From Rhynchobatus australiae (Eukaryota): a DNA stretch of 46,526 bases. Made by a program: the position numbers and the translations under genes. Positions within the stretch are counted from its first letter, which is position 1. The number at the start of each line of letters is the position of its first letter. Location: NCBI GenBank assembly GCA_034780895.1, contig JAUZTB010000017.1, positions 23,199,566 through 23,246,091 of the forward strand. Reading direction: 5' to 3'. Shown here in pieces: positions 13,710 through 24,560 of the stretch. The notes beneath the pieces were generated by a model that saw only the letters and a program-made list of their open reading frames with translations, did not search any database and had not been told where the DNA came from.

Positions 13710-14800
13710 GGATTTGTATTCACGAAGCATGTTTCATAACATTTGGATGTCCAAAGCACTCTAGAACCAATGAAGCACACTCACTGTTGAATTGTATTGA
13801 ACAATCACAAACTATCACAGGCAGCTATGTAAGAATGATGCTGATCAAGAAATAAGGAAACCTCTCCTCAGGGGAAAGTTAAAGGGCCCTTTACTCCAAC
13901 CATGATAAGACAACAGGACACCTACCACAGTACCATATTACCTCAATACTGCACCAGAGTATCTGCCCAAATATTTGCTCTCAACTCTCTGGCTGAGATT
14001 TGAANNNNNNNNNNNNNNNNNNNNNNNNNNNNNNNNNNNNNNNNNNNNNNNNNNNNNNNNNNNNNNNNNNNNNNNNNNNNNNNNNNNNNNNNNNNNNNNN
14101 NNNNNNNNNNNNNNNNNNNNNNNNNNNNNNNNNNNNNNNNNNNNNNNNNNNNNNNNNNNNNNNNNNNNNNNNNNNNNNNNNNNNNNNNNNNNNNNNNNNN
14201 NNNNNNNNNNNNNNNNNNNNNNNNNNNNNNNNNNNNNNNNNNNNNNNNNNNNNNNNNNNNNNNNNNNNNNNNNNNNNNNNNNNNNNNNNNNNNNNNNNNN
14301 NNNNNNNNNNNNNNNNNNNNNNNNNNNNNNNNNNNNNNNNNNNNNNNNNNNNNNNNNNNNNNNNNNNNNNNNNNNNNNNNNNNNNNNNNNNNNNNNNNNN
14401 NNNNNNNNNNNNNNNNNNNNNNNNNNNNNNNNNNNNNNNNNNNNNNNNNNNNNNNNNNNNNNNNNNNNNNNNNNNNNNNNNNNNNNNNNNNNNNNNNNNN
14501 NNNNNNNNNNNNNNNNNNNNNNNNNNNNNNNNNNNNNNNNNNNNNNNNNNNNNNNNNNNNNNNNNNNNNNNNNNNNNNNNNNNNNNNNNNNNNNNNNNNN
14601 NNNNNNNNNNNNNNNNNNNNNNNNNNNNNNNNNNNNNNNNNNNNNNNNNNNNNNNNNNNNNNNNNNNNNNNNNNNNNNNNNNNNNNNNNNNNNNNNNNNN
14701 NNNNNNNNNNNNNNNNNNNNNNNNNNNNNNNNNNNNNNNNNNNNNNNNNNNNNCAGAACCTTCTGAAATCTGAAGTAAGAGTACTATCCATCAACTAATA
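13710..14800 (-). mobile_element. DeuSINE (SacSINE1-like) SINE, interrupted by a ~750-nt N gap
   Basis: cctcaatactgcaccagagtatctgcccaaatatttgctctcaactctctggctgagatttgaa [gap] cagaaccttctgaaatctgaagtaagagtactatcca is the reverse complement of the head/Deu-domain region seen at 20808-20978. Confidence 0.6.
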
Positions 14801-15401
14801 TTACACTTAACTCTCCCTGATCTTTTAAATCCATTTGTCAAATTCCCTGTTCTCAAAATTGGGTCTACACTGAATTTTCAATTGCAAGTATCCTCCAATT
14901 TAATTTGTTTGGGAAGGGAGTGAGTCCCAAATTTTCTAGTGTTGTGAGAAGCCAATTATTTCTTTCTGGTCTTTTCTTTGTAAATCTGAGTGTTTTTTTT
15001 AAGTTATCCTTACTCGAAATTTAAACTGCATTTCCTGTTTACAATATGTGATTCTTATGTGATGAGTACGTCCCGCTAAAAATTAAAATCGTTTCTGGTT
15101 GTAGCTTCTTAAATAAACTGTGATTGATGTGTATGGATGATGAATAAACAAGATGAAACCTAAGAATGACAAGAAATGGGAGGTTGAAATTTGACCTCTA
15201 TCGGTGTTATATGTGTTATAGAGCAGTAACATGTTGTATTCTGCTTCTTAGATTTAGCTCTCTGCCCTTTCCAGCTGAAGAAGAGAGTCTTAATTTACAC
15301 TGAATACATACGTTTAGTCATTACCACTAAATGTTACAACTTTTTGTTGAACTGGGGTTTCAGTACAGTGTGATTGCCTGCACTGAAAGCAGCACTGAGA
15401 T

Positions 15402-15480
15402 CAGGGGCGGTCCTAGCCTGTTTGGTGCCCTGGGCAAACAATCCTTCCGGCACCCAAAATAAATTGTTTATTAAAAACTT
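15402..15480. mobile_element. Left terminus of a hAT-like non-autonomous DNA transposon (rest in gap)
   Basis: CAGGGGCGGTCCTAGCCTGTTTGGTGCCCTGGGCAAAC begins with the CAGGG terminus typical of hAT MITEs. The partner TIR is not visible. Confidence 0.4.
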
Positions 15481-17130
15481 NNNNNNNNNNNNNNNNNNNN
15501 NNNNNNNNNNNNNNNNNNNNNNNNNNNNNNNNNNNNNNNNNNNNNNNNNNNNNNNNNNNNNNNNNNNNNNNNNNNNNNNNNNNNNNNNNNNNNNNNNNNN
15601 NNNNNNNNNNNNNNNNNNNNNNNNNNNNNNNNNNNNNNNNNNNNNNNNNNNNNNNNNNNNNNNNNNNNNNNNNNNNNNNNNNNNNNNNNNNNNNNNNNNN
15701 NNNNNNNNNNNNNNNNNNNNNNNNNATTCTGCTTCTTAAACTGGTTTCATTGACTTCAATGGAATAGACTTGTGGAAATGACACAGAACGTCCACGCATT
15801 GCTCTATTATCCACTAGCCCCATTGACTGAGAACATACAACTATTCCAGTGTTTTCATGAGTCCTAACTGTTGACACATTTATACCTACGTTAATTTAAG
15901 GTGTATTGTAATGATATTAGGAGGATAGTTAGACATAACATGATATCAACAAAATTCGGCCAACCTCTGGAAGTCATACTAAAAATATACCAGATTTATC
16001 CTAAGGAAGAAACTTCAGGGCCTGCACATTTGAAGGCCACAAGCACTCTGCATTTTGAAGTATGATATTTATATAATGCTGCCATGATTCTTAAAGAGTT
16101 AAGGAGAAAAAGATGTTTGAAGAGATCTGAGTGGTTCAGTAGATGGTTTCAGAGATTCCAATCCCAATTGACTGGATGAAATCTATCCATTGGCTAAAAG
16201 GAGAAGAATGAATTTGAGACAATTTCAATTCTGCTCCCAGTAGGCCTGTAGCACAAAATTGTGCTATATTTCACGTTTGCATTTATACTTTTTTCTAAAA
16301 AAGTATTTGCATATATTCCAAGCTGGGCATGTTTTCTAAGCCAGGTTTTTTAAAATGAAAATGGACAAAAATGATGCAAAGGTGCACATTGGTATCATCT
16401 TCCAATGTTGGAACAATGACATTTTGGAACACTAGTGTGAGCTTTACCCTGCATCTGACTCTGCTATAAACCAAGTAGGTGTTAGATCCTGACACTCTGT
16501 GCCTGATGATATCCAGCTTTTCAGCATTCATATCCCTGTGGATGATGAGTATAAAATAAATTTTAAAAAAGTAATGAAAGTTAGTCAGAAACATTATCCA
16601 GGAGTGTACTCTCGAATATATATTTCAGAAATTAAGGATTTTTTTAGGTCAGGGAAAAATAAATCAGCATTTAAGGTCACACTAACAATATTAATTTATC
16701 ATGTTTCAGAATTCTTAGTCCAGCCACACAACACTTCAACAGCTGTGTGTGAATTTTCACAAGAAATGTCATGCAGTAACTCTAAAATTTCCATTTCAAG
16801 TTATTTTTAAACAGTTATTTCACACAGGATTTTGTCAAAATATCTGTGAAGTGTAGGGAATCTGTGATAACTTCACAATGGCTGTTAACTGACAGATCAG
16901 CAGGCCTATTATACATGATAAAAGTTTCTTCCAAACACCACAATATTTGACTATAAGACTAGTAACATTTCCATGGTTTGTGCAGTTTAAATCACAAATA
17001 ATTCAAACTTCTTTTGAAATTACTTTTGTGTGGATGTTTTAAAAATGTGGATTTGTAGCTAAAATTTTGTCTTGCAATAATAACTGCTGATTTAAACAAT
17101 TGTTTTAAAGAGCAGGGGAAGAGAAAAGAT

Positions 17131-17376
17131 AACAAACTGCTGGGGGATCTCAGTGGGCCAGGAAGCACCTGCGGAGGCAGAAGGATGGTTGATGTTTTGT
17201 GTCGAGACCCTGCACCAGAACTGAGAGTGTCCAGGAGAGATAGCCAGTATAAAGAGGTGAGAGGGAGTGGCGAGGTAGAGGGTGGCAGACAATTGGTGGA
17301 ACCAGGTGAGGAAGGGGAAGATGAGCAGATGGAACCAGGTGAGGAAGGGGGAGGAAATAGAGAAGGGAGACAGTGG
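17131..17376 (-). mobile_element. Penelope-like element terminal (pLTR) fragment, left arm of an inverted repeat
   Basis: Reverse complement of 17506-17720. Contains cagttctggtgcagggtctcgacacaaaacatc on the minus strand, a decayed CTGATGA..GGGTCTCGACCC GAAAC motif. Confidence 0.7.
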
Positions 17377-17762
17377 CTCATTTTGTCTCCATTTATCACC
17401 TTCCAGCTTCTTTCTCTACCTACACCCTCCTGTCCTCTCACCTGGCTCCATCTGCTCCCATTTTTTTCTCTCTCTCCTTATCTGTTTCTACTTATCACCC
17501 ACCATCCACTGTCTCTCAACTCCAACCCTCCCTCTACCCCACCTAGCTCCATCTGCCCATCATCCCCCTCCTCACCTGGTTCCACCTATTGCCTACCAGC
17601 CCCTGCCTCACCCCTCTCTCTCACCTCTTTATACTGGCCATCTCCCCTCTGCACTCTCAGTCTCCACGCAGGGTCCCTCTGCCTCTACAGATGCTGCTGA
17701 GTTTTTTCCAGAAGTTTGTTTTTTTGTTCCAGATTACAGCATCTGCAGTCACTTGTGCCTCC
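17377..17762 (+). mobile_element. Penelope-like element terminal (pLTR) fragment, includes the right arm of the inverted repeat
   Basis: C/T-rich body ending gcctctacagatgctgctgagttttttccagaagtttgtt...ccagattacagcatctgcagtc, the common chondrichthyan Penelope 3' terminus. Confidence 0.7.
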
Positions 17763-18186
17763 AAGCAAAAATAATAGCTGAAAGTCATTTTGTGAACCAG
17801 ACCAGGAGAGAAATGTCATTGCACTGCACAACGTGTGCTGGAATTATAATGCATGAAGGTTAGACTACGTCATGTTGACCTGATGCAGCTTGCACATGAA
17901 AGTTATGAACAAGTGTTATGTTTGAAGCCTGGCTATGGAGCTGGGAGAAGTTTAATGATTTTGTATGCTTAGTCACGGTCAGCCAACACATCAGCAACTG
18001 TACCACCAGCATCACGTGCCACATCACGGTACGAGTGCTGATTACTCACTGTCTACCACCTCTTCCAGTCACAATTCAGAGCTAACATTCATACACACCA
18101 CTGCACCTTCATACATGTACATTACTCCAAAACTTACTCCAAAACTTTTCAGCAACAAATTAGACTCTATAGACAGATAGTAAGCA

Positions 18187-18474
18187 GGCACCATGGTGTA
18201 GCAGTTAGTATAATGCTATTACAGTGCCAGCGACCTGGGTTCAATTCCGGCCACTGTCTGTAAGGAGTTTGTACATTCTCCCCATGTCTGTCTGGGTTTC
18301 CCCTGAGCTCCGGTTTCCTCCCGCATTCCAAAGACATACGGGTTAGGAAGTTGTGGGCATGCTATTTTGGCGCTGGAAGAGTGGCGACACTTGCGGGCTG
18401 CCCCAGGACACTCTACACAAAAGATGCATTTCACTGTGTGTTTCGAAGTACATGTGACTAATAAAAAGATATCT
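18187..18474 (+). mobile_element. tRNA-derived V-domain SINE, full length
   Basis: tRNA-like head with A box (tggtgtagcagttag) and B box (gggttcaattcc, 18237-18248). V-domain ggagtttgtacattctccccatgtctg...ctccggtttcctcccgcattccaaagac. Tail gcatttcactgtgtgtttcgaagtacatgtgactaataaa. Second copy at 22696-22960. Confidence 0.85.
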
Positions 18475-20807
18475 CATTAATATTTACTTTTGATTTGCAA
18501 AACCAAATGGCAGACAACTGTTGTCAGTGACAACAGACAGGTGGCAGCCATTACTATCTCTGTCAGCTCAATCAGTAGGTCACTGTTACTGGAGCAGGTG
18601 GCCATGGTAGCATAGAAGTCATCGAAGATGATGATATGTTCATTTCTATTCCTCTCTCTTGTATCCTCCTCGTGTTTTGCAAGACATGGATGGTTTAAGT
18701 TTACAATTCTCACTTGCTCCTTCCTATTTATGATCACACCCTTTTATTTCTTCCATGTAGTCAACATCACCACTCCCACCCAGTCCCCATTGAAGAAAAC
18801 TCTCCATTATTCAAGCTGACACTCACAATCATAAGTGGGGCGGGGGGCGGAGGGGCGAGGGGGAAGGATAAGGAGCAAACTGTAGACAAAAGATGGAGTC
18901 ACATGAGATGGTTAGGGTATTGGAAGGCCTGCCTAGAACACTATATAAGATGCTTAGAAACACTGGGGAGCCCAGCTCCATTCTAACACAGGGCTACGTG
19001 CAGAGCATGGAGCTTTTCCTTGCTGGAATCAAAATGGTGGCCAACTCCATTTTAACAGTTGTGAACTCAACCACCTAGCAACATTTGATGGTGAAGGTTT
19101 CCGCTTATGTAGCATCACAGGCAGAAACAGTTCAACATGTGCTGGTTCAACATATGTACAGTGACACTCCAATGATCTTTCTCTCAGTAGATGACTGGGG
19201 TTGCTGAGCTGCCGCCTAGGGGGAGGCACAATGCCCCATGGAGAACAAGTCATTCTCTTTCAAGGTGACAGCATTTGTGATCCCAAGCACATGCTTCACT
19301 GGTGTCTTTGTTATTGCCTGTCAATCAGCATGTCCAGAGAACAGGTATATGCTCTGAGATAGCTCAGTCAAAATCCAGGCCAGCCAGACCGAAAGCAGCT
19401 CCAGATCATCCTTCACCGCCATTTGTAACCTCTTCTACTCCAAACACAGACAACATCTGAGAAAGTCTTTTATTAGTTTTACACACGGCTGCTCGGAGTT
19501 GGTTGCTAGGAGCTGGATTGCATGCTGGGCAGACATTAAATTTGACATGGAATTTATTGACACAACACCTTGATTTTAATACAAATCTCCCATCTAAAAA
19601 AGGTAATGTCAACATCAGGGATCAGGTCCCTTGGAAAATCAGTTGCAAAATTCAGCACGGTAAAGCAAAAGACCTCCATCCCATTGACCTTAACAAGTCT
19701 TGCATGTTGCACTATTTGATTGGCAAATGAAATTATGAGAACCAAAAAAAAGATACAGTGCAACGTAATCTAATTGACTTTTGCAGCAAATGTTGAATAA
19801 TAAATGTAGGGGGAAACGTAACAGTTTCAGTTTCACAGTTTACAGATGGGGCTTTGTTAATGTTTGCTGGTCCTCACAAGGACAACAGCTAAATATAAAT
19901 TGAAAGTCATTATTTATGTACACATATCAGTTGTCCTCTATAAATCTGTGGCATATCCATGCTGGAGTCAAGGAGGAAGTATTAAATATAGCCCTGATTC
20001 ACCATGTTGCAGGTACTATAATGATAACAGCNNNNNNNNNNNNNNNNNNNNNNNNNNNNNNNNNTAAACATTTCTAGGTGCACATCAATCACAATGTCTA
20101 GATTTCTCAGTTGAATTTTTTGGTGAAATTCACCTCTTAGAAAATGCTCCCGTGCTAAGGAGAAAAGGAAATATTTGCAATCTATAAAATTTAGTTTCAG
20201 TTTTGGTTTCACTATAATCTTGTTTGCACTTGCAAATTAAGTGGAAATGAGTGCAAAATATTACTTCCATCCTACCTATTTTTATCAATTTTGCATGATT
20301 TTTCATGGGATATAATCCAGAGAGCAAATTAAAGGATATTGCTTGGAACCAAGGACAGTTCTCCTGAATGCCTACATTCACCTATCAAATAATTATTTAC
20401 ATAAGCAATTAAAGGTTTGTATTTACAACAGGTTATGATGTCATTATGATCCCAGGATCATTTTCCAACTTTCCCACCTGACTAGGACTGCATTCAACTC
20501 AGTGTGGATTCAGCCTTAATTTTACATAAATTAGTTTGATCTTTTCAGTTTGCAATAGATTCCAGAAGTCACCTTATTTTGATCTGACTCGTATTAGTTT
20601 GCCTCTTGTTATTTACAAGATATTGACCTTTTTGAAATGTATGCAAGCAGTGTGCAATCTTTGATTATTAGGACATAATGGTCTTATTCCACAATGAAAT
20701 ATCTAGGCCACTGTTTTAACAACTTCCTTAAGACAACAGAACAAGTAAAATAGGAGCAGCAATACACCAGCTGGTCCCTTGAGCCAGCTGTGACTGGTGC
20801 GGAGTCA

Positions 20808-20978
20808 ACTGTGGTTCAGTTGGTTGCACTCCTTCTGTAGTCAAAGAAAATTGTGCATTCAAGACCCACTCCTGAAACTTAAGCATAAAATTCTAAAGTG
20901 ACACTTCAATGCAGTACTGAGAGAGTGATCCTTCAATGAGGATTCCATTTTTTGAATGAAATGTTAAACCGAGGCCTT
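20808..20978 (+). mobile_element. DeuSINE (SacSINE1-like) 5' portion
   Basis: gtggttcagttggttgcactc...ttcaagacccactcctgaaacttaagcataaaattctaaagtgacacttcaatgcagtactgagagagtg...gaatgaaatgttaaaccgaggcc: tRNA-like head followed by the Deu-domain start. Confidence 0.7.
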
Positions 20979-21487
20979 GACAAAAAAAGTTCATTCATAG
21001 TAGAAAAAAAAAGAGAATGGTCAGGACCAGTGTGTGCTTCTTAAAAACACATAATAATGAGACAAAAGTATGGATGTTAAATAACCATTTTTCATCCCTA
21101 TTTACAATATTAGAGAATAGTATCTCAGACATCCAAAGATGACAAGTTCAACACAATAACTTTGTACCTGAGCTGGTGAGTTTCACTTGCAGAGTCGGAA
21201 GTTGGAGTGAGATTTTGAGCGGAACCTTTGCAAAGAGGTGCGTCCCTGTGCCTGAGCTTGAGAGTTTCACCTTGCAAGAGTCTAAACAAGGCACATTTGC
21301 AAATTGTTACCTGCTGATTGGCTTATCAACATCAGCAAATAAAGGTAAGGCAAGTATAAGCAGAGTGGCCATTTTGGGAGTGGCCCAGTGTTAGAGTTGG
21401 GGGAAGCTGAGGCTTTGGTGAGAAGAGGTGAAGGTAAATGTTTGTCTTTCTTTGATTTGGTGTTCCCTGTAGTTCAGAGTGGTGAGC

Positions 21488-21959
21488 ATGGCTCCAGTGT
21501 CAGTGGTGTGCTCAGCTTGTGAGATGTGGGAGTTCTGGGAGACATCCAGTTTCCCTGATGACTACATCTGCATGAAGTGCATCCAGCTGCAGATCCTTAC
21601 AGATTGTGTTAGGGAACTGGAGCTGCAGCTGGATGACATTTGGTTCCTATGGGATACTGAGGAGTACATAGACAAGAGCTACAGGGAGGCAGCTACTCTG
21701 AGGCTGCAGGAGACAGGTAGCTGGGTGACTGTCAGGAGAAGGACAGAGAATAGGCAGATAGTGCAGAGTATCCCTGTGGCTGTTTCCCTCAATAACAGGT
21801 ATACTGCTTTGGATACTGTTGAGGGGGGATGGCCTACCAGAGGGAAGTCACTGTGACCAGGTCTCTGGCACTGAGTCAGGTTGTGTGGTGCAGAAGGGAA
21901 GGGGGGAGAAGAGGAGAGTGGTAGTGATAGGGGATTCCATAGTAAGGGGGGCAGACAGG
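21488..21959 (+). pseudogene. CR1 ORF1p (CxxC...CxxC zinc finger, leucine zipper, start of SGNH esterase domain), frameshifted
   Basis: MAPVSVVCSACEMWE...YICMKCIQLQILTDCVRELELQLDD...WVTVRR...NRYTALD, then after a frameshift near 21825, RVVVIGDSIVRGADR (GDS motif). Confidence 0.85.
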
Positions 21960-22695
21960 NNNNNNNNNNNNNNNNNNNNNNNNNNNNNNNNNNNNNNNNN
22001 NNNNNNNNNNNNNNNNNNNNNNNNNNNNNNNNNNNNNNNNNNNNNNNNNNNNNNNNNNNTGTGAAGTGATACACTTCAGGAGATTGAATTTGAAGGCAGA
22101 ATACAAGGTTAATGGCAGGACTCTTAGCAGTGTGGAGGAACAGATCTTGCGGCCCACATGCATAGATTCCCTCAAGTTGCCACGCAGGTTGATAAGGTTG
22201 TTAAGAAGGCATATGACGTGTTGGCCTTCATTAGTCAGGGTATTGAAATCAAGAGCCGCGAGGTGATGTTGCAGCTCTATAGAACTCTGGTCAGACCACA
22301 CTTAGAGTATTGTATTCAGTTCTGGTTGCCTCATTATAGGAAGGATGTGGAAGCTTTAGATGGTGCAGAGGAGATTTACCAGGATGTTGCCTGGATTAGA
22401 GAGTGTCTTATGAGGATGGATTGAATGATCTAGGGCTTTTCTCTTTGGAGCTAAGGAGGATGGGAGGTGACTTGATAGAGGTGTACAAGATGGTAAGAGG
22501 CATAGATGGAGTGGACAGTCAGACTTTTTCCCAGTGTGACAATAGCTAACATGAGGGGACATAATTTTAAGGTGGTTGGAGGAAGGTATAAGGGAATGTC
22601 AGGTGTTAGTTTTTTTTACAGTGGTGAGTGTGTGGAATGCACTGCCAGCAGAGGTTGTGGGGGTAGTTAAATTAAGGACATTGAGAATCTTAGAT

Positions 22696-22960
22696 AAGAT
22701 GTCTTTATTAGTCACATGTACATCAAAACACACAGTGAAATGCATCTTTTGCCTAGTGTTCTTTGGGCAGTGCACAAGTGTCACCACACTTCCTGTGCCA
22801 ACATAAGCATGCCCACCATTTCCTAACCATACCTCTTGAATGTGGGAGGAAACCCATGCAGACATGGGGAGAACATAAACTCCATACAGACAGCAGCCAG
22901 AATTGAACTTTGGTTTCTGGTGCTGTAAAGTGTTACGCTAATTGCTACACTATCATGCCT
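22696..22960 (-). mobile_element. V-domain SINE nested in the 3' end of the CR1
   Basis: Reverse complement of the 18187-18474 element (tttattagtcacatgtacatcaaaacacacagtgaaatgcatc ... ggtgctgtaaagtgttacgctaattgctacac). The CR1 resumes at ~22965 (catgaatgatgggaaaaatagggggc). Confidence 0.85.
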
Positions 22961-23419
22961 ACCCCATGAATGATGGGAAAAATAGGGGGCTATGTGGAAG
23001 GAAGGATTAGATAGATCTTGGAGCAGGATAAAATGTTGGCACAACATTGTGGGCTGAAGGGCCTGTACTGTGCTGTAGTGTTCTATGTTCTAAAGGGGAT
23101 TAATTGACTTGTTCCAAATTAATGTCATTAGTAGGATCACAAATGATGATGACCATTCCAATAATTATAATTTGTGGCTCTTAGAGATTACATTGGAAAA
23201 ATGCATTTCCAGAAGGCTTATTCACAAACAAGATAAATAACGAGTAGTTTAATAACTAATTGAAACTGAATACATGAATAATAGATGAGCTAAGATAGGA
23301 CAAATAGAGCCATGTCCTTTAACTCAGCCTTCACAACTGCTTATTTTGCATGCAATGGAAATCTGATGTCAGTTATTCTGCATTAGAGTTGAAATAACTG
23401 AGTTTTTCTTGAATTATAT

Positions 23420-23560
23420 AGAATGACATAAAATATATACTACAGGGTTAATTGGCCTAAATGGTCTTTGTTAGTAGTTATGGTCCACAAGAGACTGCTC
23501 CCACTTTATTTCATCTCCCCCATTACCATTACCCATCTCTTTCTCATATGGATTTGGCTA
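23420..23560 (-). mobile_element. Old CR1 3' tail remnant
   Basis: atagaatgacata...ctacaggg...ggcctaaatggtc...gttatggtccacaagagactgctccca resembles antisense CR1 termini. Confidence 0.35.
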
Positions 23561-24399
23561 GGTTTTCCATAAAGCTAGCTGTGTAATTTATCTCACTTGA
23601 ACAGGGCAGAATGTATTAATCACTTTGCAACTCCTTATTTACCTATTTGATGATGTTACACTAATATTCTAAGCATTCCTAGTCATTGAGAATTAAGTTT
23701 AATTGAACTGAATTTGAACTGTATCTTGAATATAGCTATTATTCACAGATATTTTTGGTAGTGGTGTTAAGTCAGCTGATTAGTATCTATTCCAGATCTG
23801 CACATCATATTTATAATTTTATTCTGATTGCCTTTTTAACTTTTCACCAAATTGTGTTTAGCTTACAATTATTTTTATGATTAATCTGTTTTTAACAAAG
23901 ACATTCTCTTTGATCAAGTATAAACAAACTGTTGCTCTCAATTTTAGTAGTAAAATTGATCATAGACTATTATTACTTCGCAGCGCACAAATTGACTGCT
24001 ATCTTTTAACAATGACTCCACTTCAAAGTACTACCTTGGCAGTATTTTGCTTTGGGAGGTTCTGGGATCATGAGAAAGTATTCAAGTTAAATTACAAAAC
24101 TAGCTTACAATGGCCTGTACTAATGATCCTGACACCAGGATTTGAATTCTATTTTGGCAGCTGGGAACTGGCTCAGAATGGCAGTCATGAAACAACTGGA
24201 CTGTGGTTAATACCNNNNNNNNNNNNNNNNNNNNNNNNNNNNNNNNNNNNNNNNNNNNNNNNNNNNNNNNNNNNNNNNNNNNNNNNNNNNNNNNNNNNNN
24301 NNNNNNNNNNNNNNAATAAATCTGTTGATGGGGAGGTAAACCAGGATGGAAAGAGGCCCGTGAAGGCAGAAGCAACAGTTTAGAGGCATTCACAGACAA

Positions 24400-24560
24400 G
24401 GTGGCCTTGTCAGTCTGTTTCCGTGCTGCTGATTCTTTGGAGCAGTTTGGTACAACTGAATGGTTTGTTAGGTCACTTCAGAGGGCAGGTAAATCAAGAA
24501 AATAGATGTGGAACTGGAGTTGCATGTATGCTAGGCCATATCAAGATGGCAGGAGTTGGG
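24400..24560 (-). mobile_element. Fragment of a SINE family also at 37345-37710
   Basis: ctgaatggtttgttaggtcacttcagagggcagg...gtggaactggagttgcatgtatgctaggcca...gatggcag is antisense-similar to gtctgacctatatgtgattccagacc...gacttttaattgtc at ~37637-37690. Confidence 0.5.

Larger units (their letters stand above)
21170..23092 (+). mobile_element. CR1 LINE with 5' UTR, ORF1, collapsed middle (100-N gap), ORF2 C-terminus and 3' tail
   Basis: ORF1 at 21488; ORF2 motifs YDVLAFISQGIEIKSREVMLQLYRTLVRPHLEYCIQFWLPHYRKDVEAL and VVSVWNALPAEVV. 3' end gggctgaagggcctgtactgtgctgtagtgttctatgttcta. Confidence 0.9.

Noticed and set aside
10940-14794. Long ORFs in the track (238-283 aa; likewise 39305-41382)
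   Set aside because: They consist almost entirely of X from N gaps.
16992-17863. Overlapping 149-193 aa Pro/Ser- and Gly/Glu-rich ORFs on both strands
   Set aside because: By-product of the purine/pyrimidine-skewed Penelope inverted repeat. No splice signals or domain signature.
18187-18260. tRNA-like sequence
   Set aside because: It is the SINE head: it continues into the V-domain and has no complete cloverleaf or terminator.
18477-18737. Minus ORF vaguely like a Harbinger transposase C-terminus
   Set aside because: The diagnostic CCxLHN and upstream catalytic motifs are not present; similarity is too weak.
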